A stretch of DNA of 64,000 bases from the human T2T-CHM13v2.0 reference genome, Homo sapiens (GCF_009914755.1 NC_060930.1); one strand, 5' to 3'. Shown: positions 17,357 through 31,759, counted from the stretch's first letter. Notes: generated by a model not told the origin, from the letters alone. Numbers and translations: made by a program.

Positions 17357-17825
17357 TACCAGAAAAACACTATAGCTGAAAGCCATCTATTTAATAATCC
17401 TTAGAATTTTTGTCACAAATTATTATAAACAAGATCTATTGTTTCCATGATCAAAAATTTCTCCACCAATATCTAATTTTGTGGTGCCTTTGTGAGTCCT
17501 CCAAGATCATCATGGTTCAATGACCACATTGATAATCAAAGCCTTTTTCAGAAATCAATGGACAATAAGAGTGTATTTGTCTATTTCTAGAGTGTCTATT
17601 TTATTTTGTATTCTATTTGTCTACCCTTGAGGAATACCACACAGAATTAATAGCCATCAAGTCTGATAGTGTAAGTCCTTTACTTTTTCCTTTCTTTTTG
17701 GAATAAGAAGTTATTCTCAGTCTGTAGCATTTTCATATAAATTTTTGGAATCAGCTTATTACTCTATTGTGGTAGATTTGATTTAAAAACTTCACCTTTT
17801 AATATGCTTTAATGGTTCTCCTTGA

Positions 17826-18155
<330 letters not shown>

Positions 18156-18639
18156 AGAAAATGCATCTCATACACACCTTTACTATGTGATTTAGAAGTT
18201 TCATGATTCCCTGGTGCTTACAGAATACGTTCACATATTGTTCATGGCATTCATTTTCTTTCCCACTATGTTATGACTATGCTCCAACTCATTTTTCCAA
18301 CTCCACGTGGGCATAACACTCCATGGCAGCGAAATGTTTCCTTTTCTCTTATTTAGAACTTGCTTTTTACACTCCCCTCTTTTAGCTTACAGATATTTCT
18401 CTGGCTTAGTAAGCCTTTCATTCCCTTTCTACCTGTGTGGATTCCTCCCAAATTTTGAGGCTCTGTGTGTGTTCTACAGCCTTTGTGAAATATTCCTTAA
18501 TCACCCCAAAATTCAGTAACCATTTATCTTTTACATTTCTATAGTAGTTTTATTTATAACACTTATTTGAATATATCATATATTTACTTCTATTTTTACA
18601 TTTCCTTTAATATGCAACATATTCCATCTGTACGATGAG

Positions 18640-19040
18640 TTCACAACTCTTTCAGGGTGGGGACCATATATTAAGCATCTTCATGTGTCCCCACTGTTTC
18701 TATCACAATGCTTAGTCTTATTTGCCACTGTTTCCCCAGAGTCTTGCACTGAACGGAAGATATAGTAGATGCTTAACAATAATTGATTGAATGAGGACTG
18801 AGTCTGTGCTCAATAAATGTTTGCTGAGGTGTAATTTAAGGAGAAAATAATGAGTTGTGAGATGAAATGGGTTCCAGTCTTGTCTCTGTTACTTGCTAGC
18901 TAGGTTTAGCCAAACCCTTTTATTTCTATGATCGTCAGTTTCCTCACCCTTAAAATGAAGACAGTAGTGACTAATCCACAGTGTAGAATCACATGAACAA
19001 ATTCTCAATAAAGTGCTTTAAAACAATGCATGCTTAACAC
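18640..19040. mobile_element. L2 and MIR fragments
   Basis: tagatgcttaacaataattgattgaatga and gctcaataaatgtttgctga (L2 3' end); cagtttcctcacc..taaaatgaag (MIR). Confidence 0.55.
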
Positions 19041-20940
19041 ATGCATATGCCATTTTTCATATCATAAAAATCTTCATTATAGAAAATTTGGAAAAAAGTA
19101 AAATTCAACGAAGAAAATAGAAATCATTAATAATAACATACACAAAGGGAATAACTATTATAATTTCAGTATATTTCCCTTAAAATGTTTTTCCGTGAAT
19201 GTATTTTAAAACTAATATATGCATAGTGGTTTTAAAATTTTGAAAATTTATGTTTTTAAATATTTTAGATATTTTCATGGCCTCATTTTTCTATTTAACT
19301 TATATAGTACTAAAGGACTGTAGTAACATAATTTTGTACAAAATGTTTTTATAAAAGTTAAATGTATCAATTTAAATAATGCTACTTCTATTAACTTAAT
19401 TGCAGGTTAATATAAACATGCATAATTTGATGAAAAAATATTTCAATTAGATGATTTTTCTTTCTAAAGTTGTTTGCCCTTTGGTTGGGATTTTTTTTCC
19501 TCTATGACCCAGAAAAATTCTCAAAACTACTCTTAATTTTTGTTCCCATAATTTTGATTGAATTTTTTGCTTGCTGCAACGTTATAATGATTTCTTCTGT
19601 AAAGTACCGAAGATAACTTAGAAAACAAATCAGAGCTCAAAAAGGCTTAATCATTTCTCTCCTTTTCTTTGTTGGAAGAAAAAAATGAATATTATATTCA
19701 TTTAAATATGGGCTAAGAGACATCCTAAGAGTTTTTCTTTAAATTGATGAAATAGAAGAAAAAGACACTACCGAAACTGTGGGTGCATTTAAAAAAGCAT
19801 TATACCTATCTATTTTATACCCATTTTATTTATCCGATTAAAGAAACATTTATAAGTAATTTCAGTACTCAGCCATGTTCCTTGCTTTTTGGCTATGCAT
19901 ATTTTACATAGTTGGTATATGCTCTCTAATGTTAACATTCAAGAAAATTTTATTTTTTCAAAACTGTCATTAGAAATTTTGAATTATGTTGATTTGAGAA
20001 AGATTGCATTTTTAAGATATAATAAAATGATATCAAATAAATATCATCTAGCTTCAAACTAAATGGTGTGTAAAATATGTTGTGATATTCTTGTATATGT
20101 GCCGCTGAAAAAATTCTGGCAGGTTATGCACCAGAATTACAACAGCACTGTTACTGGATAGCGGGATGGCAATCTCTTTTTCCTTCTTTATGTCTTTTGG
20201 AATTGTCCTTTTCCCAACAACAAGCATATATTAATGTCATATGCAAAAAGAAAAAAAATTCATGTTAAAAAGAAAAGTGGAAAGACAATTATTTTATTTA
20301 TTGAGTGCTTGCTGAATAAGAATCAGGCATGGCTTTTGGTCCTATGAATACATCAATGAAACAACCTACAAAAACAAAAGCTCTGCTTTGTGGAGCTTAC
20401 CTTCTAGTGAAGGGAGACAGACAATAAGCAACAACTGCAATCATAAGTAAATGCGAATACATTTTCAAAGCTAGTAAGTGCTAAGAGAAAGTAAGAGGAA
20501 TTAGAAGCTGGAGGGATGAGATGCAATTTTAAACAAGGTGGTTAAAGCAAGCCCCACTGAGAAAGCAGGACTCTGTCAATATTATCTTTTGTGACCCTTT
20601 TTCCTATGCCATATTATCTCATTTTAATATTACTCAGATTAAGAATGCTTTTTTAGGCATCATGAAGAAATCAAGAATTTCAATCCCATTTTAACCATTG
20701 GAGAGAACACTGAAACATGGTTTGTTTCTGAAAGTATGTGAAAATTTCACCTTTAGGGAGAAATCTTCCTATGGGCAGTGTAGGGGAGATATGGTTTTCT
20801 GTGACTGGTGACTTGTATGGTTCAGATGTTGCAGAAACGTAGACAGGTTTGAGGGTGTGCTGGGAAGCAGATTGTAAATGATTTTTTGAACGCCTTTTTA
20901 AACAATATCAACTTTCTGGAAATGTCTCAGAGTTAATCTC

Positions 20941-21229
20941 TTTTTCTTGACATGGAGTCTTGCTCTGTTGCCCAGGCTGGAGTGTAGTAGCGTGATCTCA
21001 GGTCACTGCAACCTCCTCCTCCCGAGTTCAAGTGATTCTACTGCCTCAGCCTCCTGAGTAACTGGGATTACAGGCATGCGTCACCACGCCTGGCTAATTT
21101 TTGTATTTTTAGTAGATACTGGCCAGTAGATATTGGCCAGGCTGGTCTCAAACTCCTGACCTCAGGTGATCTGCCTGCCTCAGCCTCCCAAAACCCTGAG
21201 ATTACAGGCATGAGCCATCACGCCCAGCT
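20941..21229 (-). mobile_element. AluSx-like with an internal rearrangement
   Basis: TSD GAGTTAATCTC (20930-20940) / GCGTTAATCTC (21230-21240). Confidence 0.9.
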
Positions 21230-24200
21230 GCGTTAATCTCTTTCTGCCTACAGTCCAACATCAGAGGCTGTCTCTAGAGCCACGTCAACACTGTTGCTTA
21301 AAAGAATAATTGATATTCATAATGATACTCTGTCATAGTGCCTATAAATTTATATGACTGATATCTAAATAAATTCCATTTGTGTAGTTGTTAACCAAGC
21401 ACATTTATAGCATTAGTTCATTTGAGTCCAGGGTAGTAAAATAGATAATATAAATCCTACTTTTTAAAAATGTAGAATGCTAATCAACAAAGAAGTTAGA
21501 TGTCTTTCTAGAAGTTGAAAGTCCAGGATTCAACTTCAGAAGTGTTCACTTTTAGGCGACCAAACTTCCCATTGCTCCATATAGACCGTGTAACAAACAA
21601 GAGGACTAAGGGCAGTCACTTTGAGAGTGTGTTAATGCAGTTAAGTAGTGCCCAAAGCTCTGCTTTCAAATCATCATTTAAAATAGTTTTATTTTGAATA
21701 TGTGCAAATCTAAATTACCTAAGGAGGTTTTGAAAAGTAGCTGAAGTCATTCTTAGTACAAAGAGATGGGATCAAGTGGGAGTTTTTTTTTTTAATTAAA
21801 AACAGTTTACTATAAAATACGTTATATTTTAAATAGAACATGTTACCACTATTTGATGTATGAGTATAAAATGGGTTGCAATGATGGAGTCACAAAAACA
21901 GTTTCAGAAGTGGAATAAATATGTGGCTACTTAAAGTAATTGCTTTGATAGATGATACTCATTTCCATCTATAAATTTTGGTGTGTTAGTAAAAATAGTT
22001 CTATTATTTGGTATCACACTGCATTTTCCCTTTGAAAGATAAATAAGTATATATTAATTATAAATGCTTTCTGAAATGAAAGTTTAAAATTTAAAGTGTC
22101 CATGTGTATAACCATCAGATGTCCTAGATGAGGGTCGTACTGTATGAGTTTTTGCAGCAACTACTGCTCTGGCTCTACCAATCCAGGTTTACTACCCACA
22201 TCTAAAAACCATTGTATTTGCCATTAGTCTACAGCCTGACTCCTATCTATTTTGATGTTAACAAAACAAAATCTATTTTAATACTGAATAACTGAACTTT
22301 CAGTCTTATTATTTATTTACTTTTGATCTTTATTATGAATATTAATAATGTAAAGGACCTTCATTTTCAGCTCATAATCGATAGGTATCAGCTATTAATT
22401 CAACATTGATTTATTGATTGTATTAAGCAGATATGTTCCAGTCTCTCTACTAGGCAGAGGGATATGAAGCCATTTCTATTGTGACCACATTGGTAAGAAT
22501 TAACTTCCCCTTCTCTTCTTCCTACTGATGTCATAAACCGCCATTTGACATTTTAAAACCATATATCTCATTGAAAAGGGAACTGACTTTTTAGGCCTTG
22601 CATGTAAACCCCCAACACAGACGGCCGTGTTCCCTCTTTGTAGGGAAGAGTACGAGCAGACCACAAGAACTTCAAAATCACATTGTACACAAGAACTTCA
22701 AAATCACATTATTTTCCCACTAGGGCAAATTCAGTGCTGGGGATTTTGTGTACTTGGAGTGTATTTGTGCCCCCTTTGAAATCTAAGAATACTTTGTGTA
22801 CAATAGTAGTTGGAAAAGCAACTAAATGAGAAATGGGTGGTCTGAGGGCAGCCCTTCTCTGAAATTTGCTTACTTATTTTCTGGGGTTCCATTAAATGCT
22901 GTGTTCCCTGTGAAGCCTGGCCTCATTTTCTATCCTGGAATTAAGCGCTGCCTCCACTGCTCACGTGGTAAAGGTGCTAGCACGCAGCCTTCACAGACTG
23001 CCAGTTAAGGCATGGGAAGACCTTACTTACTGTGCCAAATTCCACAGTATCTAGCGTGGGGCTTTGCAGAGTTGGTGTTACATAAATGCTTTTTGAATTG
23101 AACCCTAACTTCTTTAAGCAGGCTCCAGTACCTCAATAAAATAAGAACCAACAATATTTGAGTCACTGGTTAGAAAGAATAATGTGAAACAAATGAAAGT
23201 GAAGGAGTATAAATAGGGTTTGAGGTAAGGTGGGAAAAAAAGAATGAGAAGGGTTTCTTCAAATCCGTGCTAAATCCTCTCAATTCTGAATACTCTGAAG
23301 CTAGAAATAAAAGCTAAACTATATAAAATGTAGACAGTAGGGATGCTTTGCTATGGTTATAACCACTTATATTCATCTAAAGGAGAAGTGAAAATATCAC
23401 TGTATTCTGGATAACACCCAATATACATAGCACACACACACAAACACACACACCACACAGGGACACACACACCCCACTCAAGCTAATGTATTAAAAAGGA
23501 AACCTGTTTAATTTTTAGAAAGACTTTTTCATATACAGTGAATTTTCTTTTTTATTTTTATCCCTGTAGATAGCTGGGTTTGTTTTTGTTTTTTGTTACG
23601 GAAAGCAGCAGGAGGAATCATGGTAATGGAAGAAAGAGTACCGCCTAAACTTAGGAAAGACTTTGACACAAATTAAGCTATGTTATATTGATGCATCACT
23701 TAAGTGTCTGGATCTGGAAGTCTGGACTATATCATCTTTTCAAATGTAATATCCTGCAATCATGTGAGAAATTTATTAGTCCTTTTGGGAATCTGCAAGT
23801 GGTTGGGAGAAGCCCAACTAACTCCCTGCAAACCTTTATGGAGGATACATGTTGAATAAGTCTTTCTAGTATGAAACTAAAAAGAATAAGATGACCAGTT
23901 AAATCTGACTCCCCCAAACACAGACACATACTCAAGGGGGCTACATAGTTTATTGCAGTCCATCTTTTTTATCATTAACAACATTCATGTATATTAGTAT
24001 TGTAAGTGGCCTTATGTTAGTATAAGAAGTAACATTGTGCTGGAAGGGTATTCAGCTTTGTGCATTAATTTATCTGGAAAATTATGAAAAAATTAATTTG
24101 ACTTTGCATTTTGAATTTTATATGTTTAAGCTGTCAAAAATTCTCTGTGGTAAAAATAACTTCCATGTGCCTACCAATGTATATTGAAGGATCTGTCTAT

Positions 24201-26949
24201 GCAATTAGCAAGCAAGAACATAAACATTAAAAAATGTGCGTGTCAACAAACCAAAGGTAGGGTTCCCTTTGACTTACACTAGAGACAGAGAAATACCATC
24301 TTTTGAAAAATTTCAAAGACAGGAAAGTTTCTAAGTTGAAAAAAATTACGCAGGTCTACATTTCATGTAAGTTCTGTTTAGCTTAAAATGATCTTGATAC
24401 TTAAGTGAATAGGAGATATGTAAAGCATTTACATTTTAGGAGTGGGTAATTTTACTTTATTTCCAAATAATAGGATTTGAGGTCAAGAAAGGTAACTAGA
24501 AAGATCAAACTGTGTCTCATCTCACCAGACTCTGGGTTCCTCTTTGTAACTTGTGGGCCAGCAACAAGGCTTTGCACTTAATAATTTAGTAGGAGCTCAA
24601 GAGATGACTGAATGAATAAATAATGATCTGTTTTTGTTGGCACATAAAGAAGTAATTCTAGTTCTTTCACCTTTTTTGGAAGAGGTTCGTGTGTTTCAAA
24701 ACAGAAAATTATATGAAATAAATAATTCGTAGGCAGAGAACTGAAAACATGTAGCATAAGGGATTAGGATACTGAGAGCTGGAGAGAGGTAGATAAGGCA
24801 TTTGGTTATCAGGGGAGACCAGTGTCAGTCTGTCCATTTGTCAGTCTCTCCTTCTCTCTTAGTCTTTGGTCAGGAAAAGCACTGACATTTTTTCCAAAAT
24901 GCATGTTTTTACTTCTTTGTTATTTTGTGTTTTTTCAGAAAGTCTGACTCATACCTCCAGGGAACTAATTTAGCGGGCAAGAAGTTTATTTGAAGTCTTA
25001 GGTATAAAATGAGCAATGGTTTCACTGTGGAAGATAGGGTGAGTGATATGTATCTGGAGATGAGAAAAGAATGGATCTACCATTTTGCAATCTTGGCTTC
25101 AAGTAAGGAAGCTTGAGAAAATAATGTGTTTGAATTAAGAAAATGGACCTGTTGTGGGGAGGAAACAGTTTGCAAAACTTCTGTTTGTTTATAATTATGC
25201 TTCTAACATACTAACATCCTCTTTTTCTTAGCAGGCTCTTCGGGGCCCACTGGGTTCTGACTGGTGATTTTTTAATAGCCTTTAGTTTTCCATTTATCTT
25301 GAACATCTCGTCCTCTTGAGTAGTGCTGATGTTGCATTCTCAATATTTCAGAGACTGTAAAGATGCTGGCATGTGTGTATATACATATATAAATATATAT
25401 ATGACTGTGTAATAGTCTTTTCTCAAGCAGCCTGAAAATTGTATATTTTCAATAGAGATAGAAGTGTGTCTCAGGCAACGTAAATTGCGTTACCTTGCTG
25501 TGGGATTGCAAGGACTTTTGTGAAATCTCCAAATGTCTAAATGGTTCCAGCTCCTGTAAGCAGCCACAGTTGACAAAGCAGCACTCATCTAGAGTCCTTT
25601 GTTAATTCTCTAGAAGAGAAAGAGGAAGAGTTGCTAGTGAGTCAGCTGCCTTGGTTAGCAAACATAACATAATTAGCTATTTAAGCCCAGAAAATGAAAA
25701 GACCCTCAAGTTAATCTGTCATTTTTCTCTGCAGTATTTCCTCATCTTTCTGTGGGCTATATATTATAATTATCACAAGCCATTTGAAGAGAGCAATTGT
25801 CTGTTTTCTATATGTATATCGCCCCTTTTAAAAAAACCAAGCATGTGCAATCGGTGTTGTATAGAAAACTAACAACAGACAAATGAGAGATGGCTACTGG
25901 GGGAAGGAGAAGCTTTCACTTAACGATATGCTATCATTTGGTTAAATTTTCAAAATGTTACTTTTAGAGCCTTTCTGTGCTAGAATATCTGTTTATTTAT
26001 AATTTTTCCAGGTGGATTTTTCAATTCTTTTAAATTACAAAGGTAATATATATGCTCATTAGTAAAAGTGAAAATATGTAAAGAGGTAGAGAAAAAGGTT
26101 AATATTTTCCTTGTTCTACCTTCCGTTCCCAACTAGAATTTTTATTATTTGTATAAAGTTGAGGTTACATTGCATTCATAATGCTCTCCCCTTTTCCCCC
26201 TATAAATATTAATTTTTAAACTTGCTTTATTTCACAGTGTGTCAGTGGATCTAATACATTCTTTAACACTGTGGTATAACATTCCATAACATAATTACAT
26301 AGCTTATTCAGATACTTTTTTTCTTGTTGGGCTTTCAGGTTGTCTCCAGTGGTACAATAAATCTCTTTGCTTTGGAGTTTAAAGAGCCCAGCTAAGAGTC
26401 ACCTTGTGGATTCAAATATTCCTGCCACCAATTTCTAGGCCATTGACACATTTGGTCAGGAAAATAGCTTTTCTCTGTAGAAAGTGCCATCTTCCTACAT
26501 CGCTGTGAGGCTGGGCGGGGTTAGCTATTCGGTCTGCCTCTGGTGAAGCATGACATCTTGGTCAGTCAATATCAGTGGCAGACTGAAAGGAAGATTGTGC
26601 CAAATGTGAGTTTGCCACAGCCAAGTACAGCCCCGAAGTAAAACAGTTTTGTTACTTAGCCTCCCTCTATGGCCACTTCTGTTTTCGATCTTAAAATAGT
26701 AGTTAATGAATATAACTTTAACAAACTTTTAGATAGTTTTGTGATTCTTTTATTTTCCAGCATCGATCTACAAAAAGGACTAATTAGAAAGCCTCTATGT
26801 GAAATAATAATATAAAGGCAAAAGGAAAAACTTCCAAAATAGCAGTCAGCTAGCAGCAAAATAATCTTGAAATAAACGTGAAACCCAGAATTTCTTTTTC
26901 CATGCTGACGGCCCACTCCAAGGGCCACTTTTTAGAAGTTCTTTTTTAA

Positions 26950-27105
26950 CAACAGACATTGGGGTTCACTTGAGGGTGGAGGGTGGGAGGTGGGAGAGCT
27001 GCAGAAAAGATAACTATTGGGTATTGGGCTTAATATCTGGGTGATGAAATAATCTGTACAACAAATCCCCATGACACAAGTTTACCTACGTAACAAACTT
27101 TCACG
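26950..27105 (+). mobile_element. L1 3'-end fragment (L1PB/L1MA-like)
   Basis: ggtgatgaaataatctgtacaacaaatccccatgacacaagtttacctacgtaacaaac. Confidence 0.85.
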
Positions 27106-27382
27106 TCTTGCTCTATCACCCAGGCTGGAGTGCAGTGGCGCAGTCTCGGCTCACTGCAGCCTCTGCCTCTGGGTTCAAACGATTGATTCTCCTGCCTTAG
27201 CCTCCTGAGTAGCTGGGATCACAGGTGTGAGCCACCATACCTGACTATTTTTTTTTTATTTTTTAGTAGAGACAGGGTTTCACCATCTTGGCCAGGCTGG
27301 TCTCAAACTTCTGGCCTCATGATCTGCTCACCTTGGCCTCCCAAAGTGCTGGGATTACAGGCATGAGCCACCACGCTGAGCC
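27105..27382 (-). mobile_element. AluS lacking its poly(A) tail
   Basis: Alu body starts at gtcttgctctatcacccagg with no T-run and ends cgctgagcc. Confidence 0.88.
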
Positions 27383-28159
27383 AAAAAAAAAAATATTTAA
27401 AAAAAAAGGAATTTCTCTTTCAATATACAAATTTCAACTCAATATTCATTTAAAATGTCCCATCTTGCTGAAGAAGTTTACCTATTTTATTTTATATAAA
27501 ATATATAGCATTTATTTAAATATTTAAGATCGCATATCTTAACATTTTAAAAACTATTATTACATTTAATTGTAAGGTTTTAGACTATCAGGCAAGTAAG
27601 AATTCATTTATTCATGGAGCTGTTCCTTTAAGACCAGCAGAGTTAACTTCTTTGCAGTTACACAGGAAGAGATACTTGCAGCCATAGTGGTTTCTGATGT
27701 GAAGTGAATTGGTGGAGGACAGAGTGGAGGCCAGAAAATGGGGTCTACTTCCAAACTAGCCACTTCTTACAAGCTGTTGAGAAGAGATCTAACTGAAATT
27801 AATGTACCATGGGAGGGCTCACAAGATAACCAAACATTCAAACTAGAGAAGAACACTGTGAAAAGACAGGGAACCAATTATGTGCATCAGTTGTATATAT
27901 ATATATGAAGAGAGAGAGAGATTATTTCATCACTCAGGTATTTTATGTATATATATATATATATACATACACATATATATGAACTTTAACAAACTTTTAG
28001 ATATATATATGTATATACACATATTTTTCCCCCTGTTTTCTCTATATAAAAATAATAAAGGCAGAATCTAAAGTAGCTTTAGATGGCTAACTATGTGCAT
28101 TATGGGGATTTGAAGAGATAATTTTGTGATAATCCATTTCGTGTTGCTTTCAGAGTGAA

Positions 28160-28690
28160 CGGAAATTGATTTGCATGCCTGAGTGCTGACTTAGCAGCTG
28201 TGCAACTTTAAATGAGTCGCTTAACCTCTCTGACCCCCCAGTTTCCACATCCACAAAGCAAGGGTCATACTTCAGTACCTCATGGGATTATTGGGAGGTT
28301 TAACTAATGTAATATAAAAATGTTCATGTAGTATTGAATAAAAATGCTGGTTTTCCTCTTGGAAAATGCAAGAGGTCTTCCCAATAGGAAAATACTTTTT
28401 GTTAGGATTAAATGGGATACACAAGAAGGTGGTAGAATAAAGAACATTTAGTGAGATATGAACAATGATGCCAACAATCAGACATACACCTTATAGTTAC
28501 AAAGAGTTCATTTATTCTTTATCTCATTATTGCTTCACCAGTATCCTGTGAATCCATAGGCTAATTGCTATGCCCGTTATATAGGGGAGGAACTGTGACT
28601 CAGAGAAATTAAATGGATTGAACAATATCACCTTCCAAGTCTATAATGGAGCACATTCTTTTTGACCAATAGTCTAGTGCTCTTTACAGT
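28160..28690. mobile_element. Two MIR fragments
   Basis: gtcgcttaacctctctga...cagtttccacatc and ggaactgtgactcagagaaattaaatg. Confidence 0.6.
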
Positions 28691-30089
28691 ACTCTAAGAT
28701 ATCTATACATTCTCCACAGTTGCCAAATACCAAGCAGTTAAAAGTCTAATGGATTCCAAAATTGTATCTCAAAACATAGCTCTGTTCTCAAATTTCCCAT
28801 GATTCCTGGAAAGACAATAATATCTATGGAATTAATAGAATGACTCTTTTTTGGGCAATTCCAAACTATTCCTGGACTCCTAAGGACCATGCTAAGCTCA
28901 ATTTGCATTTCTTGCATTCTATGAACCAAAAATATTGTGTTTCTAATGTCAAATGCACCATGTTTTGTGACTATGCCATTTAGTGTTTAGCATTTCCTGA
29001 ATTGAAGTTACTCCCTCCAACTACCATGAAAAGTTGGATTTGTTCTGTGTAGCCCAAGGTTTACATATTTCTGCCCTTTTTAGGTATCACAAATGAGCAT
29101 CTCCATCCTTCGGTCGATACTTAGTGCATTCTGTGTTAGGGTGTCTATCTCTGCAGGCATATATTTTCTCTCCCTTTTGAGAGTGCAAGTTCCCTAAAGA
29201 TGGAAAGTATACCATACGTCTGTACTCTCAGGCCTAGCTGAGAGGCTAGCATTACATAGCTTTTCAATACAATGCTTCTGCTTTCGAGATGCTATTCAGA
29301 GTTGACTTCTCAGGAGAGATTCATTCCAAAACATAATAAAAAGGTCAGTTTTAGAGTAAGCAATAACTGTTACCTTCCTCCCTTTATAGTGAATGATCTC
29401 TTGAGAATTCTTTCTTAGAGAGAGACAATTGCTAGGGAGATAAAGGGTGCTTAGGAAAGAACTAGTAATTACCATGTCAACCTGAAGGTAAAAAAACCTA
29501 AAATAGGTCCTACTCTTCCAACCATTACCATGAGTCTATCGAAAATTAGGTCTCAGACCAGAACAGATCAAAATATTTAGTGCTCTCTAGGGAAAAAGCT
29601 TTTGAGATAAAGTGGAATTTCTTATTTCTAAGAAGTAGGAAAAGAGTGTTTTGTTTGGTCTCTACAAATTATAGTTATTTGGTTTCAGCCTGAACAATCA
29701 CCACAAGCAAATACTGGCAGGCAGAGTCTCTACAGGAGTGGTCAAAAAAGTCAGTTTTCATTTCCTTCCAAGCCCTAGTTTGGCTGATCCATCCACAGAA
29801 AAGCAGAACAAAAGGCAAGGGATTACTGCACCCTTAAGCATCCAAGTGGCTCATTCGGCTCAGGGGTTATTTTTAGCAATCTGGCTCACACTGAGGGCTT
29901 CCTGCTCTATTCAGCAAATGTGCAAATGGATGCTGCAGGACCGTAACAGTAGACATTGATGAAGGTTGTGATCAATGATTAGACTCTCAAGCCTGTTGTG
30001 TTTTTGATCTAGCCATGCCTTTCAACCACTGTGGTGAACATTTAGCTCTGAATAGGCTCATCTTCTTCATATGCACATTCTATTTGTAG

Positions 30090-30266
30090 ATGTTGCTATG
30101 AGGACAGATTCATCAAAAATGACTGACGTGGAGTCTGGGGTCGCCAATTTTGCATCTTCAGCAAGGGCAGGCCGCCGGAATGCCTTACCAGACATCCAGA
30201 GTTCAGCTGCCACAGACGGAACCTCAGATTTGCCCCTCAAACTGGAGGCTCTCTCCGTGAAGGAAG
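30090..30266 (+). CDS. PKIB: PKIB main coding exon; CDS from ATG 30098 (MRTDSSKMTDVESGVANFASSARAGRRNALPDIQ...LPLKLEALSVKE)
   Basis: PKI pseudosubstrate motif RAGRRNAL and leucine-rich NES LPLKLEALSV. Acceptor tatttgtag|A, donor GAAG|gtaata. N-terminus MRTDSSKMTDVES fits PKI-beta. Confidence 0.97.
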
Positions 30267-31759
30267 GTAATACTCAAAATCCTCTTACAATTAACAGCAC
30301 TTGTCCCTTCTTAACCAAGCCTTTTCTCTGGACAGTCTTTCTTTTATCTAGTTAAAAGTGCTCAGTTTCCTTATTTGTTTACTTAAACCTCTCAGCTTTT
30401 GTTTAAGGCTTAGTAGATGTTCAGCCTTTTCCAAAGTAGAATATTTCATCTTTTTTCTTATGCTGTGTATGTGGAAACTGAAGTTTTATTTATTCATTGC
30501 ATGTGTATAGTCATGCACAAAGCTAGTAATTGGGAATACAAAGGTGAACAAATATGATCTTTCTCTCAATGAGCTTTCAATTTTATTAAGAAGTATTCAT
30601 AAATAAAATAATTTTTCTTCTGCCATCCATTGACAAATCACTTTGGAAGCTTCTGCTTCACTGTAGTGTGCTACAAGCCCTTTAATTTTCAAATCTAGGA
30701 AGAAGTTTACTATCAAGTAGAGATGAGATTCTTTCAACAGAATTTTTGTATAAAAGGTGATACTTTATATGAAAGTATAAGGATACTTTAAATAAAGTGT
30801 TAAAAGGTGCCTTTCATTTAAAAACCCTCATGGAGATTTAAAAAAACAAAACAAAACCCTGAATCAAAGTTAAAAAATACACTCAGAGAGATTAAAGATC
30901 ATTTTAGTTCCAAGCCATTAGCAAAATACTCACGTTTTGTGCCCCATTTTAGACTCTCAGGTGGACTCTAGTGTATGTTTGGGAATTTATTCTTGGTGAC
31001 AATGAAGCAAGTGAGAACCAGAAGCCGCTTGCATCTAACCCATTCCCGGGAGCCCAAGAAGAAGGCTCTTGGTTCTTTGCTTCAGGAGGTTATTTACTAC
31101 CTGGTAAAGTTGCAAATGTTCCTGGTTCATTCTCTATGAAATAGTTATATCCTTGTAGGCCAGGAGCTGTGACCAGATCCTGCAGTTCCATGATTACCTC
31201 ATCTTTTTCCAAAGGCCACTATTTCTCATATGCAACACTATAGGTGAGAGTAAAAAAGCATACACATCAACGTAAAATATTATAAGAAGAATGAAAAGAA
31301 GGAAAAGATAAGGGAAGAAAGAAATAAACATATATGTAATGTTTTTGGCCTTTTAAGTTTGAAAATGTAATATGACCATAGGAAGATGTCGTTGCTGTTC
31401 AAGAGTCCATTCTAAACTAGTGAGGTAGAGAAGGCAATTACTTGTTCGTGTAAAAACCGTAATTAAATTTTATACACCTTCAACACACACAAAACCTTAA
31501 TGTTTACTGACATTACTTAATCAAGCAAAAGAGAGCAAATACACTGTGGGAGAGTCAGCAGTGTTCTCCATTTTATTTTGGTCACTAGAGAGACTAGGAT
31601 CTGAAAGAATATGTTCCTGTTTTTATATTTTTCTTCATATCATTTTGAAATAAAGTCAAAGGCATCAATTAAGAAACTGAAAATGTTAAAAATGAATTTA
31701 CAAATAACACCAGATGCTAAAGATTACACAAAAGGGTGAAGGCAAGTTGTAAAGTGAAA

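Noticed and set aside
26500-26600. GC box (GGGCGGGG) as a possible internal promoter
   Set aside because: A single motif without a CpG island; function cannot be supported from sequence alone.
30071-30355. 94-aa ORF taken as the full PKIB protein
   Set aside because: The N-terminal MHILFV and the tail after VKE are intronic read-through; splice sites at 30089/30090 and 30266/30267 define the exon.
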